DNA of 64,000 nucleotides from Eubacteriales bacterium (GTDB lineage Bacteria; Bacillota; Clostridia; Oscillospirales; CAG-272): NCBI GenBank assembly GCA_045596865.1, contig JAZODF010000074.1, positions 24,407 to 88,406 of the forward strand, read 5' to 3'. Shown piece by piece: positions 37,236 to 46,823 of this stretch (position 1 is its first letter; each line of letters starts with the position of its first letter). The notes under the pieces were generated by a model. It saw only the letters and a program-made list of their open reading frames with translations, ran no database searches and was not told where the DNA came from. The position numbers and the translations under genes were made by a program.

Positions 37236-37480
37236 TTGATTTTCCCCGAGGGATGACCTCGGAAAGCAAAAGGGCAACCCTCGCCGCCCACGGGCGGCGG
37301 GGGGAGCCGAAATAACCCGCATTATTATCCCGATCGGAATTTATCTCCGCTCCCTACCCAATATCGCGCAACCAACCGCAAATCCCCGCGAAGACAAAAT
37401 AGCAACGATAATCCCAAAACACCCCACCCCGACACCGTTTACCCCAAAATACAGTACGACAGTACAGAGAAGAGATAATC

Positions 37481-38884
37481 ATGAAAAAATACATACGTTC
37501 CTTAACCGTGGCGGTAGCCGTTTTACTGCTTATGGTTCTTCCTATCTCCGCCTTTTCCACGGGCGTGCTCGATTCCCCCGGGTACAAGCTCGAGAAGGAC
37601 GGATTCCTCTACGTCGAGAAGGAAACGAAAAACAATAACGCAAACCAGAAGATCTTCTACGGTGAGTTCAACACCACCGCCGAGGACGCGAAATACGAGT
37701 GGGTCATCCACAGCATCCGTGATGGCTCGAATACCACCCTCACCAACGTTATGAACATTGCCAAGGACTACGAGGCAAAAACGGGACGCAAGGTAATGCT
37801 CGCCACCAACGGCGACTACTTCTACGCGACCGGCTCAAACGTTGAATCCTACGTCAACAACGGAATCGTAATTACCAAGGGTAATTATGCCTCCAAGAAT
37901 TGCATCGGCTTCGATAACAACGGAAAGGTTGTGGTAGGCAGAATGACCGAGGTCGACACCCGCCTCGTCATCTATGATGAAAAGGGCACGCCACAGCAGT
38001 TCGTAATAGATAAATTCAATTCCCAGCCCGCCGAGGGCGAGATCGCCGTCTACAACGCACCCGGCACCTACACCGTCACGGGCGCGGGCGCGATGATCGT
38101 CAAATCCTCGGTCGCCAACCTGACGCAGTATCCCGTATGGGGCAGCGACTATACCATGACCGCACCCGGCGTTCAGGACTCCAAGACCTTTAAGCTCAAC
38201 AGCGGGCAGTTCGCGGTCGTCTACACCGCGGCCCACGCCGATATCTTTGCAAAGCACGTCTACGGTCAGCCCGTCGACCTCGTTGAAATTCCCGCGGGAC
38301 AGTACGCGGGCTGCACGTGGGTCCTCGGCGGCTACGACGTCCTCGTCGATAACTATAAGGTAAAAACCAATTGCCACACCGACAACGGCGGCAACACGAG
38401 CGCACCCCGTACCTTCATCGGCTTCAAGGCGGACGGCACCGGCTTCCTCTGCGTCGTTGACGGCAGACAGGGCAGCTACTCCACCGGCATCACCGTAAAT
38501 CAGGAGGCCGAGCTTGCATCCGTCCTCGGCGCACAGTACGCCCTCGAGCTTGACGGCGGCGGCTCCTCCACGGTCATCCTCCGCGTAAACGACGAGCTCA
38601 CCCTCCGTAACAGACCCTCCGACGGCTCGATGCGCGCCGTGTCCAACGCGATCCTTCTCGTAGAGAAGCCTGCCGAGGAGAACACCGACGAGCCTACCGA
38701 TAACCCCGGCGAAAATCCGGGTGACAATCCCACCGACAACCCCACCGACAATCCTACGGATAACCCCACCGATACCCCGACGGACGGCGAGACCGACGAC
38801 GAGCTCAGCCCCTTCGCCCGCTTCTTCGTCAACATCTGGGAGGCTATCGTCAACTTCTTTAAGAACCTCTTTAAGAAGAAATAG
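37481..38884 (+). CDS. Secreted phosphodiester glycosidase (NAGPA/DUF2233-type) family protein
   Basis: 467 aa with signal peptide MKKYIRSLTVAVAVLLLMVLPISAFS. The family blocks are LATNGDYFYATG and PRTFIGFKADGTGFLCVVDGRQ...GITVNQEAELASVLGAQYALELDGGGSSTV. The C-terminus has an (NPTD)n acidic linker and an amphipathic tail FARFFVNIWEAIVNFFKNLFKKK. Confidence 0.78.
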   Translation: MKKYIRSLTVAVAVLLLMVLPISAFSTGVLDSPGYKLEKDGFLYVEKETKNNNANQKIFYGEFNTTAEDAKYEWVIHSIRDGSNTTLTNVMNIAKDYEAKTGRKVMLATNGDYFYATGSNVESYVNNGIVITKGNYASKNCIGFDNNGKVVVGRMTEVDTRLVIYDEKGTPQQFVIDKFNSQPAEGEIAVYNAPGTYTVTGAGAMIVKSSVANLTQYPVWGSDYTMTAPGVQDSKTFKLNSGQFAVVYTAAHADIFAKHVYGQPVDLVEIPAGQYAGCTWVLGGYDVLVDNYKVKTNCHTDNGGNTSAPRTFIGFKADGTGFLCVVDGRQGSYSTGITVNQEAELASVLGAQYALELDGGGSSTVILRVNDELTLRNRPSDGSMRAVSNAILLVEKPAEENTDEPTDNPGENPGDNPTDNPTDNPTDNPTDTPTDGETDDELSPFARFFVNIWEAIVNFFKNLFKKK

Positions 38885-38960
38885 CCGCCTGGGCAGGGCA
38901 GGCTGCCCGCCGGGTCGTTACTAAAAAAATCAAAAAATATAAAATATAAAGGAGACAATC

Positions 38961-40547
38961 ATGAGAAAAATCCTAGCACTCATTCTTAGCATGACTCTGC
39001 TTCTTTCCTCCCTCCTCGTCCTCACATCCTGCGGTGGCGGCGGCGGAAATGGCGGGGATGAGATCAACTACGACATTGACCTCACCCAGAAGCCGAATCT
39101 CGAAATCCTTATGCCCAACTCGGGCAAGAGCATTACCGCGGTAAACGAGAGCCCCAACGCCCTCCTTATCGAGCAGCTCACCGGCTATAAGGTCAACTAC
39201 ACCCAGCTTCCCGCGGCAGACGCGGCAAAGGTCCTTAACACCGAGCTTATGGACAAGAAGCCCTACGACGCAATGAAACTCACCAAGGATCAGTTCAGCG
39301 ACCTGGTCGATCAGGATCTTCTCGTTGACATCACCGACGCGCTTGAGACCTTCGCCCCCGATCTCCTTGCAAATATCTCCGAGGAGTCCTGGGAGGTCGT
39401 TACCGTCGACGGCAGAATCTACGGTATTCCCGAGCGCGCATCCAGCGACAATATCGAGAACCCCATCATCCTCAACTACGATCTTCTTCTCACACTTAAC
39501 CTCGACGTTCCCGAGACCCTCGACGAGCTCAAGAACGTTCTGAAGGAAATGACCGAGTACCTCGGCAAGCCCGCCCTCACCTTCGACAGATACACCCCCC
39601 TCGTTCACGCGATCTCGGGTGCATTCGGCATCCACTCCTTCTGGCAGGAGTATGAGGTCAACGGCGAAAAGCAGGTCCTCTTCTATATGAACGCACCAAG
39701 ATATGCAGAGTACGTTGCATATATGAGTGAGCTCTATACCGCGGGCTACATCGATCAGGAGGTTCCCACCCTCACCTCTGCTGACGCAACTACCCGTTTC
39801 GTAAACGGCTTCACCTCCGCACAGGGCGCGAAGGCGGGCGCATTCGCAGGCTCGCTCTGGAGCGTTCCCGCAATCGTAACCGGCCTTCAGTCGAACGGCG
39901 TCATCTCGGCAAACGAGGCAAGCGACACCCTCGACAACCACCTTTGCTACATCCGCTCCATCAAGGAGAAGGCGTCCGACCCCGAGAAGGTTTACCGCAG
40001 CTCGGGCTACACCTACATCACCGCGATCCCCTACTATATGGCAGAGAACGCGGGCTACGCCCTCGATTGGATGAACTCCAAGATCAAGGACACCGAGACC
40101 GAGGATAACTTCCGTCAGATGGTTCTCGGCCAGGAGGGCGTGCATTGGAATTACAGCCCCTCCGAGGGTTACTTCCCGATCGATCCCAAGTTCCAGGAGA
40201 AGGACGACGCGAGCTACTACATGACCGGCTCCAACGAGAACAAGTACACCGAGTATTGGAAGGCGAGAGTAAGAAAGCAGCCCGAGCTCTTCCGCGCATG
40301 GAGCGAGCTTATGGAGGACGCTGACGAGGTAGGCGTTTACAACATCGTTGACTTCACTCCCCCCATCTCCGCGTACACCGAAAACCGCCAGAAGATGGAG
40401 GAGTACGCACAGGATCAGTTCTTCATCATGCTCCGCGAGGGCACGAAGAACATGGGCGAATACCTCTCGAAGCTCAACGGACTTCAGGGCGGTAAGGAAG
40501 CCACCGACGCTATCAACGATTGGTACAAGAACGTTTATTCCAAATAA
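38961..40547 (+). CDS. ABC transporter extracellular solute-binding lipoprotein (carbohydrate, LplA-like large SBP)
   Basis: 528 aa with AAGGAG RBS. The lipobox is LLSSLLVLTSCGGGGG. The size and the following two sugar-type permeases support the call. Confidence 0.8.
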   Translation: MRKILALILSMTLLLSSLLVLTSCGGGGGNGGDEINYDIDLTQKPNLEILMPNSGKSITAVNESPNALLIEQLTGYKVNYTQLPAADAAKVLNTELMDKKPYDAMKLTKDQFSDLVDQDLLVDITDALETFAPDLLANISEESWEVVTVDGRIYGIPERASSDNIENPIILNYDLLLTLNLDVPETLDELKNVLKEMTEYLGKPALTFDRYTPLVHAISGAFGIHSFWQEYEVNGEKQVLFYMNAPRYAEYVAYMSELYTAGYIDQEVPTLTSADATTRFVNGFTSAQGAKAGAFAGSLWSVPAIVTGLQSNGVISANEASDTLDNHLCYIRSIKEKASDPEKVYRSSGYTYITAIPYYMAENAGYALDWMNSKIKDTETEDNFRQMVLGQEGVHWNYSPSEGYFPIDPKFQEKDDASYYMTGSNENKYTEYWKARVRKQPELFRAWSELMEDADEVGVYNIVDFTPPISAYTENRQKMEEYAQDQFFIMLREGTKNMGEYLSKLNGLQGGKEATDAINDWYKNVYSK

Positions 40548-40577
40548 GCAAAACACAATCCTTTTAAGGAGTAATAT

Positions 40578-41528
40578 ATGCAAACCTTAGGCTTGGACAA
40601 AAAGCGCATGACCCTGCGCGATAAAATTGCGAAGCATAAGCATCTCATCCCCTTCGTAATTCCCGCGATGCTGTTTGCTTTGATCTTCTGCTACCTGCCT
40701 ATGGCGGGTATCGTCATCGCCTTTAAGGATAACCCGAACTTCGTGCGCTACGGCGTGTTCGAGGCGCTGAGTAAATCCGAATGGACGATGGACAACTTCA
40801 AGAAAATCTTCTCCGACCCCGAGATCCTCAGGTACATAAGGAACACCCTTATCATCTCGGTGATGAAGATCGTTATCCTGTTCCCCCTTCCCGTTGTGCT
40901 CGCGGTAATGATCACCGAGCTGCGCTCCAAGGGCTTCTCGAAGCTGGTGCAGGGACTCGTATTCCTCCCCCACTTCTTCTCTTGGGTCGTAATCGTCGGT
41001 ATCTTCAACAGCATTTTCGGTCTGTACGGTCCCGTAAATAACCTCACCGAGGTCCTCGGTGGCGAGGCCGTGTACTTCATGGGTGAGCCCGGCTGGTTCC
41101 GCTGGCTCGTCGTCATCCTCTCGGGCTGGAAGGAGATCGGTTACAGCTCTATCGTATATATTTCGGCAATCATGTCCATCGACCCCGCACTCTACGAGGC
41201 GGCGAAGATCGACGGTGCAAGCAAGCTGAAGCAGATCTGGAATATCACAATTCCCTCGATCATGCCCACCATTATCGTTATGCTCATTATCCGTATCGGT
41301 TATCTTATGGACGCGGGCTTCGAGCAGGTGTACGCTATGCTTAACTCGCTCACCCGTGAAACGGGTGAAATCATCGGCACCTACGTTTACAGACTCGGTC
41401 TTGGAAGCGCGTCGGGTGACTACGGTCTTTCCACCGCGGTCGGTCTGTTCAACGGTATTATCTCCCTGATACTTATTCTCGGAGCTAACTACTTCAGCAA
41501 AAAGAAAACAGGAAGTGGAGTATGGTGA
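40578..41528 (+). CDS. Carbohydrate ABC transporter permease (LplB-like)
   Basis: 316 aa, multi-TM. The EAA-type loop is LYEAAKIDGASKLKQIWNITIPSIMPT. Confidence 0.85.
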   Translation: MQTLGLDKKRMTLRDKIAKHKHLIPFVIPAMLFALIFCYLPMAGIVIAFKDNPNFVRYGVFEALSKSEWTMDNFKKIFSDPEILRYIRNTLIISVMKIVILFPLPVVLAVMITELRSKGFSKLVQGLVFLPHFFSWVVIVGIFNSIFGLYGPVNNLTEVLGGEAVYFMGEPGWFRWLVVILSGWKEIGYSSIVYISAIMSIDPALYEAAKIDGASKLKQIWNITIPSIMPTIIVMLIIRIGYLMDAGFEQVYAMLNSLTRETGEIIGTYVYRLGLGSASGDYGLSTAVGLFNGIISLILILGANYFSKKKTGSGVW

Positions 41529-42409
41529 TGAAGAATAAAGAAAAACTCACAATCGATAAAAAGTATAAGGTAAAGGACAGCCCGTTGTTCAATATCATCA
41601 ATATAATCCTGTTGGTGATCATCTCGCTCATCTGCTTCATGCCCTTCCTTAACGTGATCTCGGTCGCGCTCTCCACCGCGGGCTTTGACATCAACTTCAC
41701 GCCCAAGGAGCCCACCGCCTTCAACTTCAAGCACGTATTTTCCGACGTCGCCTTCTGGCGCGCGCTCGGCGTATCCTTCTTCGTCGTTATCGTCGGCACC
41801 GCGCTCTCGGTAATCGTAATGTTCTCGGCGGCATACGCCCTCTCGAAGAAGGACTTCCCCTTCCGCAAGGGTATCATGGTCTTCTTCATTATCACCATGG
41901 TCTTCTCGGGCGGTATGGTACCGAACTACATCGTTGTAAGGGAGCTCGGCCTCACGGGCAGCCCCTGGGCGCTCATCCTCCCCTCGGTCGTTCAGGTATA
42001 TAACCTCATCCTTATCAAGAACTACCTTGAGGGTCTGCCCGCGGAGATTGAGGAATCCGCCGGCATCGACGGCGCTAACTCGCTTCAGGTAATGTTCCGC
42101 ATCCTTCTTCCCGTATCGATGCCCTGCGTCGCCTCGGTAAGCCTCTTTACCGCGGTCACCTATTGGAACAATTACACAAGCGCGCTGCTCTACCTCGGCA
42201 CCAGCGAGAAGTGGTATCCCCTCTCGCTCTACATCCTTAACTATATTCAGACGCCCCCCGACGTCCTTGACACCAGCCTCGCGGCGGTGCAGAAGGGTAA
42301 TATTGAGGCGGCAATGATCATCGTCAGCATCATTCCCATCCTGATTATCTACCCGTTCGTTCTCAAGTACTTCACCAAGGGCGTGACCGTCGGCGCGGTC
42401 AAGGGCTAA
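41522..42409 (+). CDS. Carbohydrate ABC transporter permease (LplC-like)
   Basis: 295 aa, overlapping the previous gene by 7 nt. The EAA-type loop is IEESAGIDGANSLQVMFRILLPVSMP. Confidence 0.85.
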   Translation: MVMKNKEKLTIDKKYKVKDSPLFNIINIILLVIISLICFMPFLNVISVALSTAGFDINFTPKEPTAFNFKHVFSDVAFWRALGVSFFVVIVGTALSVIVMFSAAYALSKKDFPFRKGIMVFFIITMVFSGGMVPNYIVVRELGLTGSPWALILPSVVQVYNLILIKNYLEGLPAEIEESAGIDGANSLQVMFRILLPVSMPCVASVSLFTAVTYWNNYTSALLYLGTSEKWYPLSLYILNYIQTPPDVLDTSLAAVQKGNIEAAMIIVSIIPILIIYPFVLKYFTKGVTVGAVKG

Positions 42410-42476
42410 TCCCTTGCCACAGTTTAATGGGTGCGGCACCGCCGCACCCACCGAAAAAAGGATATAAACGGTTGAT

Positions 42477-44081
42477 ATGAAAACAGTTAAATCACAAATT
42501 GTCATTTGCGGTGCCAGCCTCGGCGGCACGCTCGCGGCATACAGCGCGGCAAGAGAGGGAAAGGACGTCGTCCTCCTTGAGGAAACGGCGTGGATCGGCG
42601 GTCAGCTGACCTCGCAGGCCGTCCCCCCCGACGAGCATAGATGGATCGAGGATCAGGGCTGTACCCGTACCTACCGCGAATACCGTGAGCGCGTGCGCGA
42701 CCACTACCGCGCCATGGACGGATTTATTCGGGAGCTGAGGGAGGCACCCTCCTTCTGTCCCGGCGGCTCTGAGGTGAGCTTCATTGCCCATCCGCCCCGC
42801 CTCGCACTCTCCATCCTCACCGAAATGCTTGACCCCTTCGTCAGTGCGGGCAACCTCAGGGTGTATACCGAGGCGAAAATGCTCGACTGCCTGACCGATG
42901 GCGACGATATCACCGCCGTCGTTTATGAGATCGGCGGCGAGCAGGTGAGATTCGAGGGCGAGTATTTCCTCGACGGCACCGATATCGGCGACCTCATCAA
43001 AATGAGCGGCGCGGAATACCGCGTCGGCGCCGAGAGCAGGGAGGAAACGGGTGAGGAGGACGCACCCGCCGTCGCCGACCCCGAGGATATGCAGGCATTT
43101 ATATACAGCGCCTGTATCGAAAACCGCCGTGAGGGCGATTACACCATCGAAAAGCCCGCTCTCTACGATAAATTCGCATCCCTCATCACCCCGTATGACG
43201 AAAATCACAAGGTATTTTCGATGTTCGGCCCCAATTCCTCGAACGGAAAGGCAAAGCAATTCGGTATGTTCCCGGGCGAATACCTTCCCGACGGAACGCA
43301 CCCGTTCCCGCTGTTCCCCTACCGCCGCATCGTCTGTGCCGAGTATTTCACCGACGGCAGCCACCCCTATGACGTCACCCTCATCAACTGGCCGCAGAAC
43401 GATTTCTATCTCGGTAACCTCTTCGATTGCGAGAACGCCGAGGAGAATAAGTACCTTGCACAGCAGTTCACCCTCTCCTTCGTCTATTGGTTACAGACGG
43501 AGGCACCGAGATACGACGGTGGCAAGGGCTATCCCTATTTCCGCCTCGCACCCGAGTACGTCGGCACCGAGAACGGCCTGTCGATGGCCCCCTACGTCAG
43601 GGAGTCCCGCCGCATCAAGGCAAAATTCACCGTTACCGAAACCGCAGTGTGTGATGCAAAAACCGCCCGCTTCCCCGACAGCGTCGGCGTGGGCAGCTAT
43701 CCCATCGACCTGCACATCACCCATAAAACGCACACCTTCTTCTACAAGCCGACCCATCGCTTCACCATCCCCCTCGGTGCTATGATTCCCGAGAGGATGA
43801 AAAACCTCATCCCCTCCTGCAAGAACATCGGCTCCACCCACCTCACCAACGGCTGTTACCGCCTCCACCCCGTGGAGTGGAATATCGGTGAGGTTGCGGG
43901 CTACCTTGCCTCCTTCGCCATCGACCGCGGCGTACGTCCCGTCGATATATGGGAGGATAAGGCGCTCTTTGCCGAGTTCGCATCTCACATCGAGGACCGC
44001 GGAATACAGCGGTATTGGAACGAGGGCCCCATTGCCGACGGCACCTACGTCCGTCCCGCGGCGAAGAAGGCGTATTCCTGA
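42477..44081 (+). CDS. FAD-dependent oxidoreductase (glycan-locus-associated type)
   Basis: 534 aa. The N-terminal Rossmann dinucleotide motif is IVICGASLGGTLAAYSAAREGKDVVLLEETAWIGGQLTSQ. No signal peptide. Confidence 0.7.
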   Translation: MKTVKSQIVICGASLGGTLAAYSAAREGKDVVLLEETAWIGGQLTSQAVPPDEHRWIEDQGCTRTYREYRERVRDHYRAMDGFIRELREAPSFCPGGSEVSFIAHPPRLALSILTEMLDPFVSAGNLRVYTEAKMLDCLTDGDDITAVVYEIGGEQVRFEGEYFLDGTDIGDLIKMSGAEYRVGAESREETGEEDAPAVADPEDMQAFIYSACIENRREGDYTIEKPALYDKFASLITPYDENHKVFSMFGPNSSNGKAKQFGMFPGEYLPDGTHPFPLFPYRRIVCAEYFTDGSHPYDVTLINWPQNDFYLGNLFDCENAEENKYLAQQFTLSFVYWLQTEAPRYDGGKGYPYFRLAPEYVGTENGLSMAPYVRESRRIKAKFTVTETAVCDAKTARFPDSVGVGSYPIDLHITHKTHTFFYKPTHRFTIPLGAMIPERMKNLIPSCKNIGSTHLTNGCYRLHPVEWNIGEVAGYLASFAIDRGVRPVDIWEDKALFAEFASHIEDRGIQRYWNEGPIADGTYVRPAAKKAYS

Positions 44082-44203
44082 TAAATCATTCAGTCTGCAT
44101 ACCGAAGGTATGCAAATATCAAAAAGCGTGTGAGGATAACCGCTGGGGCAAACGATTATGCCACCGGATATAGCGGCCAAAAGAACGCAAAAGGAGATTA
44201 ATT

Positions 44204-45430
44204 ATGGCAAACGTAACGCTCAATCACGTATACAAAATGTACGAGAATACCGAAAAGGGCGTAACCATTCAGAAGCCCGCCGTTTCGGATTTCTGCATGG
44301 AGATTCACGATAAGGAGTTCATCGTATTCGTCGGTCCGTCGGGCTGCGGTAAATCTACCACCCTTCGTATGATCGCGGGACTTGAGGAGATCTCAAGCGG
44401 CGAGATCTGGATCGACGACAAGCTCGTCAACGGCGTCGCACCGAAGGACAGGGATATCGCAATGGTATTCCAGAGCTATGCACTCTACCCCCACATGACC
44501 GTCTACGACAACATGGCGTTCGGTCTTAAAATGCGTAAGGTAGCCGACGTGAAGAGGGATAAGGCGGGCAACCCCATCCTCGACGCCGAGGGCAACACCA
44601 TCCCGATCATGAGAAAGTACACCAAGGAGGAGATCGACGAGAAAGTAATGGAGGCCGCGCGCATCCTTGCCATCGAGGAGTACCTCAAGAGAAAGCCGAA
44701 GGCTCTCTCGGGCGGTCAGCGTCAGCGTGTCGCCCTCGGCCGTACGATCGTCAGAAACCCGAAGGTATTCCTTCTTGACGAGCCGCTCTCCAACCTCGAT
44801 GCTAAGCTCAGAGGCACGATGAGAAGCGAGATCATCAAGCTCCACGATAAGCTCGGCGCAACCTTCATCTACGTTACCCACGACCAGGTCGAGGCAATGA
44901 CCATGGGTACCCGTATCGTGGTTATGAAGGACGGCTTCGTCCAGCAGATCGGCGCACCGCAGGATCTGTACGATTACCCGATCAACACCTTCGTCGCGGG
45001 CTTCATCGGAATGCCCCAGATGAACTTCTTCGACGGCCACCTCAGCCCCGACGGCACCCTCGTCTTCGCAAACGAGCAGTGCATCAAGCTCTCCGCCGAA
45101 ACTCTTTCGAGATTTGATATGGATAAGGTCGGCAGCGGCATGGACGTCATCTTCGGTGTCCGTCCCGGCGACCTCAAGGTCTGTGCACAGGGCGACCCCC
45201 TCACCGTCACCGCAAAGGTGGAGGTAGTAGAGGCACTCGGTAACGAAACCATCATCTACGGCAACATGGATATGGACGCGCCCCAGGGCATCGAAAAGAG
45301 CCCGACCAGCATCACCGTCTCCGCAAAGCTGAAGAAGAATCCCCAGCGCGGCGGCACCGTCTACCTCGGCATCGACGAGGAGTCCATCCACCTCTTCGAC
45401 AAGGAAACCAAGGTCAGCATCAGAAAGTAA
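44204..45430 (+). CDS. Sugar ABC transporter ATP-binding protein (MsmX/MsmK/UgpC family)
   Basis: 408 aa. It has Walker A GPSGCGKST, the signature LSGGQRQRVALGR, Walker B VFLLDEPLSNLD and a C-terminal MalK-like regulatory domain. Confidence 0.9.
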   Translation: MANVTLNHVYKMYENTEKGVTIQKPAVSDFCMEIHDKEFIVFVGPSGCGKSTTLRMIAGLEEISSGEIWIDDKLVNGVAPKDRDIAMVFQSYALYPHMTVYDNMAFGLKMRKVADVKRDKAGNPILDAEGNTIPIMRKYTKEEIDEKVMEAARILAIEEYLKRKPKALSGGQRQRVALGRTIVRNPKVFLLDEPLSNLDAKLRGTMRSEIIKLHDKLGATFIYVTHDQVEAMTMGTRIVVMKDGFVQQIGAPQDLYDYPINTFVAGFIGMPQMNFFDGHLSPDGTLVFANEQCIKLSAETLSRFDMDKVGSGMDVIFGVRPGDLKVCAQGDPLTVTAKVEVVEALGNETIIYGNMDMDAPQGIEKSPTSITVSAKLKKNPQRGGTVYLGIDEESIHLFDKETKVSIRK

Positions 45431-45479
45431 AACTGCCCCCCGCGACAATCGCCGCGGAAAAAGCGCAATCAAATAACAA

Positions 45480-45508
45480 GGCGGTCGCCATCGGGCGACC
45501 GCCCTTTT
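45480..45508 (+). terminator. Intrinsic terminator closing the ABC/GH locus
   Basis: 10-bp stem GGCGGTCGCC (45480-45489) / GGCGACCGCC (45494-45503), ATCG loop, then CTTTTCC. Confidence 0.65.
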
Positions 45509-45597
45509 CCTATATACGGGCAACCACGCGTTGCCCGCCCATCCCTTCTCTCACGAAGGCGAGGATGCGGGTGACCCCCTGTTTTTGGGCGGACACC

Positions 45598-45626
45598 TTG
45601 CTTTTCCTGCGAAGATGTGGTATACT
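45598..45626 (+). promoter_or_regulatory. Sigma-A-type promoter of the 319-aa hypothetical gene
   Basis: TTGCTT (45598-45603), 17-nt spacer, TATACT (45621-45626). The leader is about 105 nt. Confidence 0.55.
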
Positions 45627-45736
45627 CGTATTAACGAATCCGTCGGAGCGTAAACGCCCACGGGACAGAACGCCGCGCGGAAAAGCGGAGTAAGGCTCGC
45701 GGTGAAGTAAAAACACGCGCGAAAGGAAGGGCGAAA

Positions 45737-46696
45737 ATGAGGACCGAGGAATTTAGAGAGTTTTGCCGCTCGCTCGGTATGAGCGGGGACACGGCGGATA
45801 AATGCACCGCGCTCTGCTCCGAGGTGGAGAGCGAGCTCGGACGGGACCTCGACGAGGTTGTGAGCGCGCCGTGGATGATAAAGCTGACCCTCGAGGTCGC
45901 GATGAAAATGGGCAGGCGCTATTTCGCCGCGGTGGAGTATTATTACAAATTCGCCTTCCCCGTCACGCGGTGCAAAATACCGCTCTTTCACGGCACCCGC
46001 CGCTATTCGTTGGCGGTGGATAAAGCGGAGCGCGAGCGCTTCTATGCTGCCTGCAAGTCGGTCATCTCCTTTGCGAAGCGGTGGATGGACGGCGGTAACG
46101 TCGATTGGGATGCAATCAAAGAATATAGGGCAGAGAACCGCCTCTATATGGATGCGACCGTCCTCTCGCAGTACGGCTCGCCGAGCTACCAATACGGCGA
46201 CTTTTACCTGACGTCGAGCTATACGAACGCGCTCGTCTTTGCAAATCGCGGCGCGGGTGAGCTTGGCGACTACGCCTACGCACAGGCGCGGGGAATCCTT
46301 CATTTTGATATCCCCCTCGACGTGCAAACCCTCGCCGCCGTCAACACCGTAATTGCCGAATACCCGAAATTCGCCGAAAGCGAGCGGGTCGTCCTGATTT
46401 ATTACGGCGTGGAATTTGACGACCTCGCGGACGAGCGCGGCAGACCGTACAGGGATATTATCGATAGGCGCACTAGGGGCGGCGACCCTTCGGACTATCT
46501 TGATAGCCACCTTTACGACGGTTACAAGGACACGGACACAATCTGCATAAATAACAATTTCCGCCTTGCAAACCGCGATAAATACCCACCCCTTGAAATT
46601 GAGGGGCCGAAATTCAAGACGGGCTTCGCCGTCTTCACCGCGGTTAAGGACGTCGATAAATACCTGAGAACGAAGCGCATGGAGGGCTACGTCTGA
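45737..46696 (+). CDS. Hypothetical cytoplasmic protein (possible H-Y-E ADP-ribosyltransferase-like motifs, unverified)
   Basis: 319 aa with its own promoter, an AGGAAGG RBS and a downstream terminator. Its amino-acid composition is normal, unlike the overlapping 414-aa antisense ORF. No family recognised with confidence. Confidence 0.6.
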   Translation: MRTEEFREFCRSLGMSGDTADKCTALCSEVESELGRDLDEVVSAPWMIKLTLEVAMKMGRRYFAAVEYYYKFAFPVTRCKIPLFHGTRRYSLAVDKAERERFYAACKSVISFAKRWMDGGNVDWDAIKEYRAENRLYMDATVLSQYGSPSYQYGDFYLTSSYTNALVFANRGAGELGDYAYAQARGILHFDIPLDVQTLAAVNTVIAEYPKFAESERVVLIYYGVEFDDLADERGRPYRDIIDRRTRGGDPSDYLDSHLYDGYKDTDTICINNNFRLANRDKYPPLEIEGPKFKTGFAVFTAVKDVDKYLRTKRMEGYV

Positions 46697-46750
46697 TCCG
46701 TCTAAGAGTTCTCGCGCACACCCGCCAAACGAAAAACAACCAACGCGAAA

Positions 46751-46787
46751 AGCCGCGGCTCGATAACCGAGCCGCGGCTGCTTTTTT
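46751..46787. terminator. Bidirectional intrinsic terminator between convergent genes
   Basis: 12-bp stem AGCCGCGGCTCG (46751-46762) / CGAGCCGCGGCT (46768-46779), then gcTTTTTT on the + strand. AAAA upstream gives a T-run on the - strand. Confidence 0.75.
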
Positions 46788-46823
46788 AAGGGCAAAGTGG
46801 GACCCTGTGTCTGATTTTCTCGC

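Noticed and set aside
34008-37322. 1104-aa ORF on the minus strand, the longest in the track
   Set aside because: It mirrors the + strand lipoprotein gene almost exactly. It has no RBS or promoter and a skewed G/A/V/R-rich, low-complexity composition. The + frame has an RBS, a lipobox, recognisable Ig-like domains and in-frame domain repeats. It is a typical antisense shadow ORF of a GC3-rich gene.
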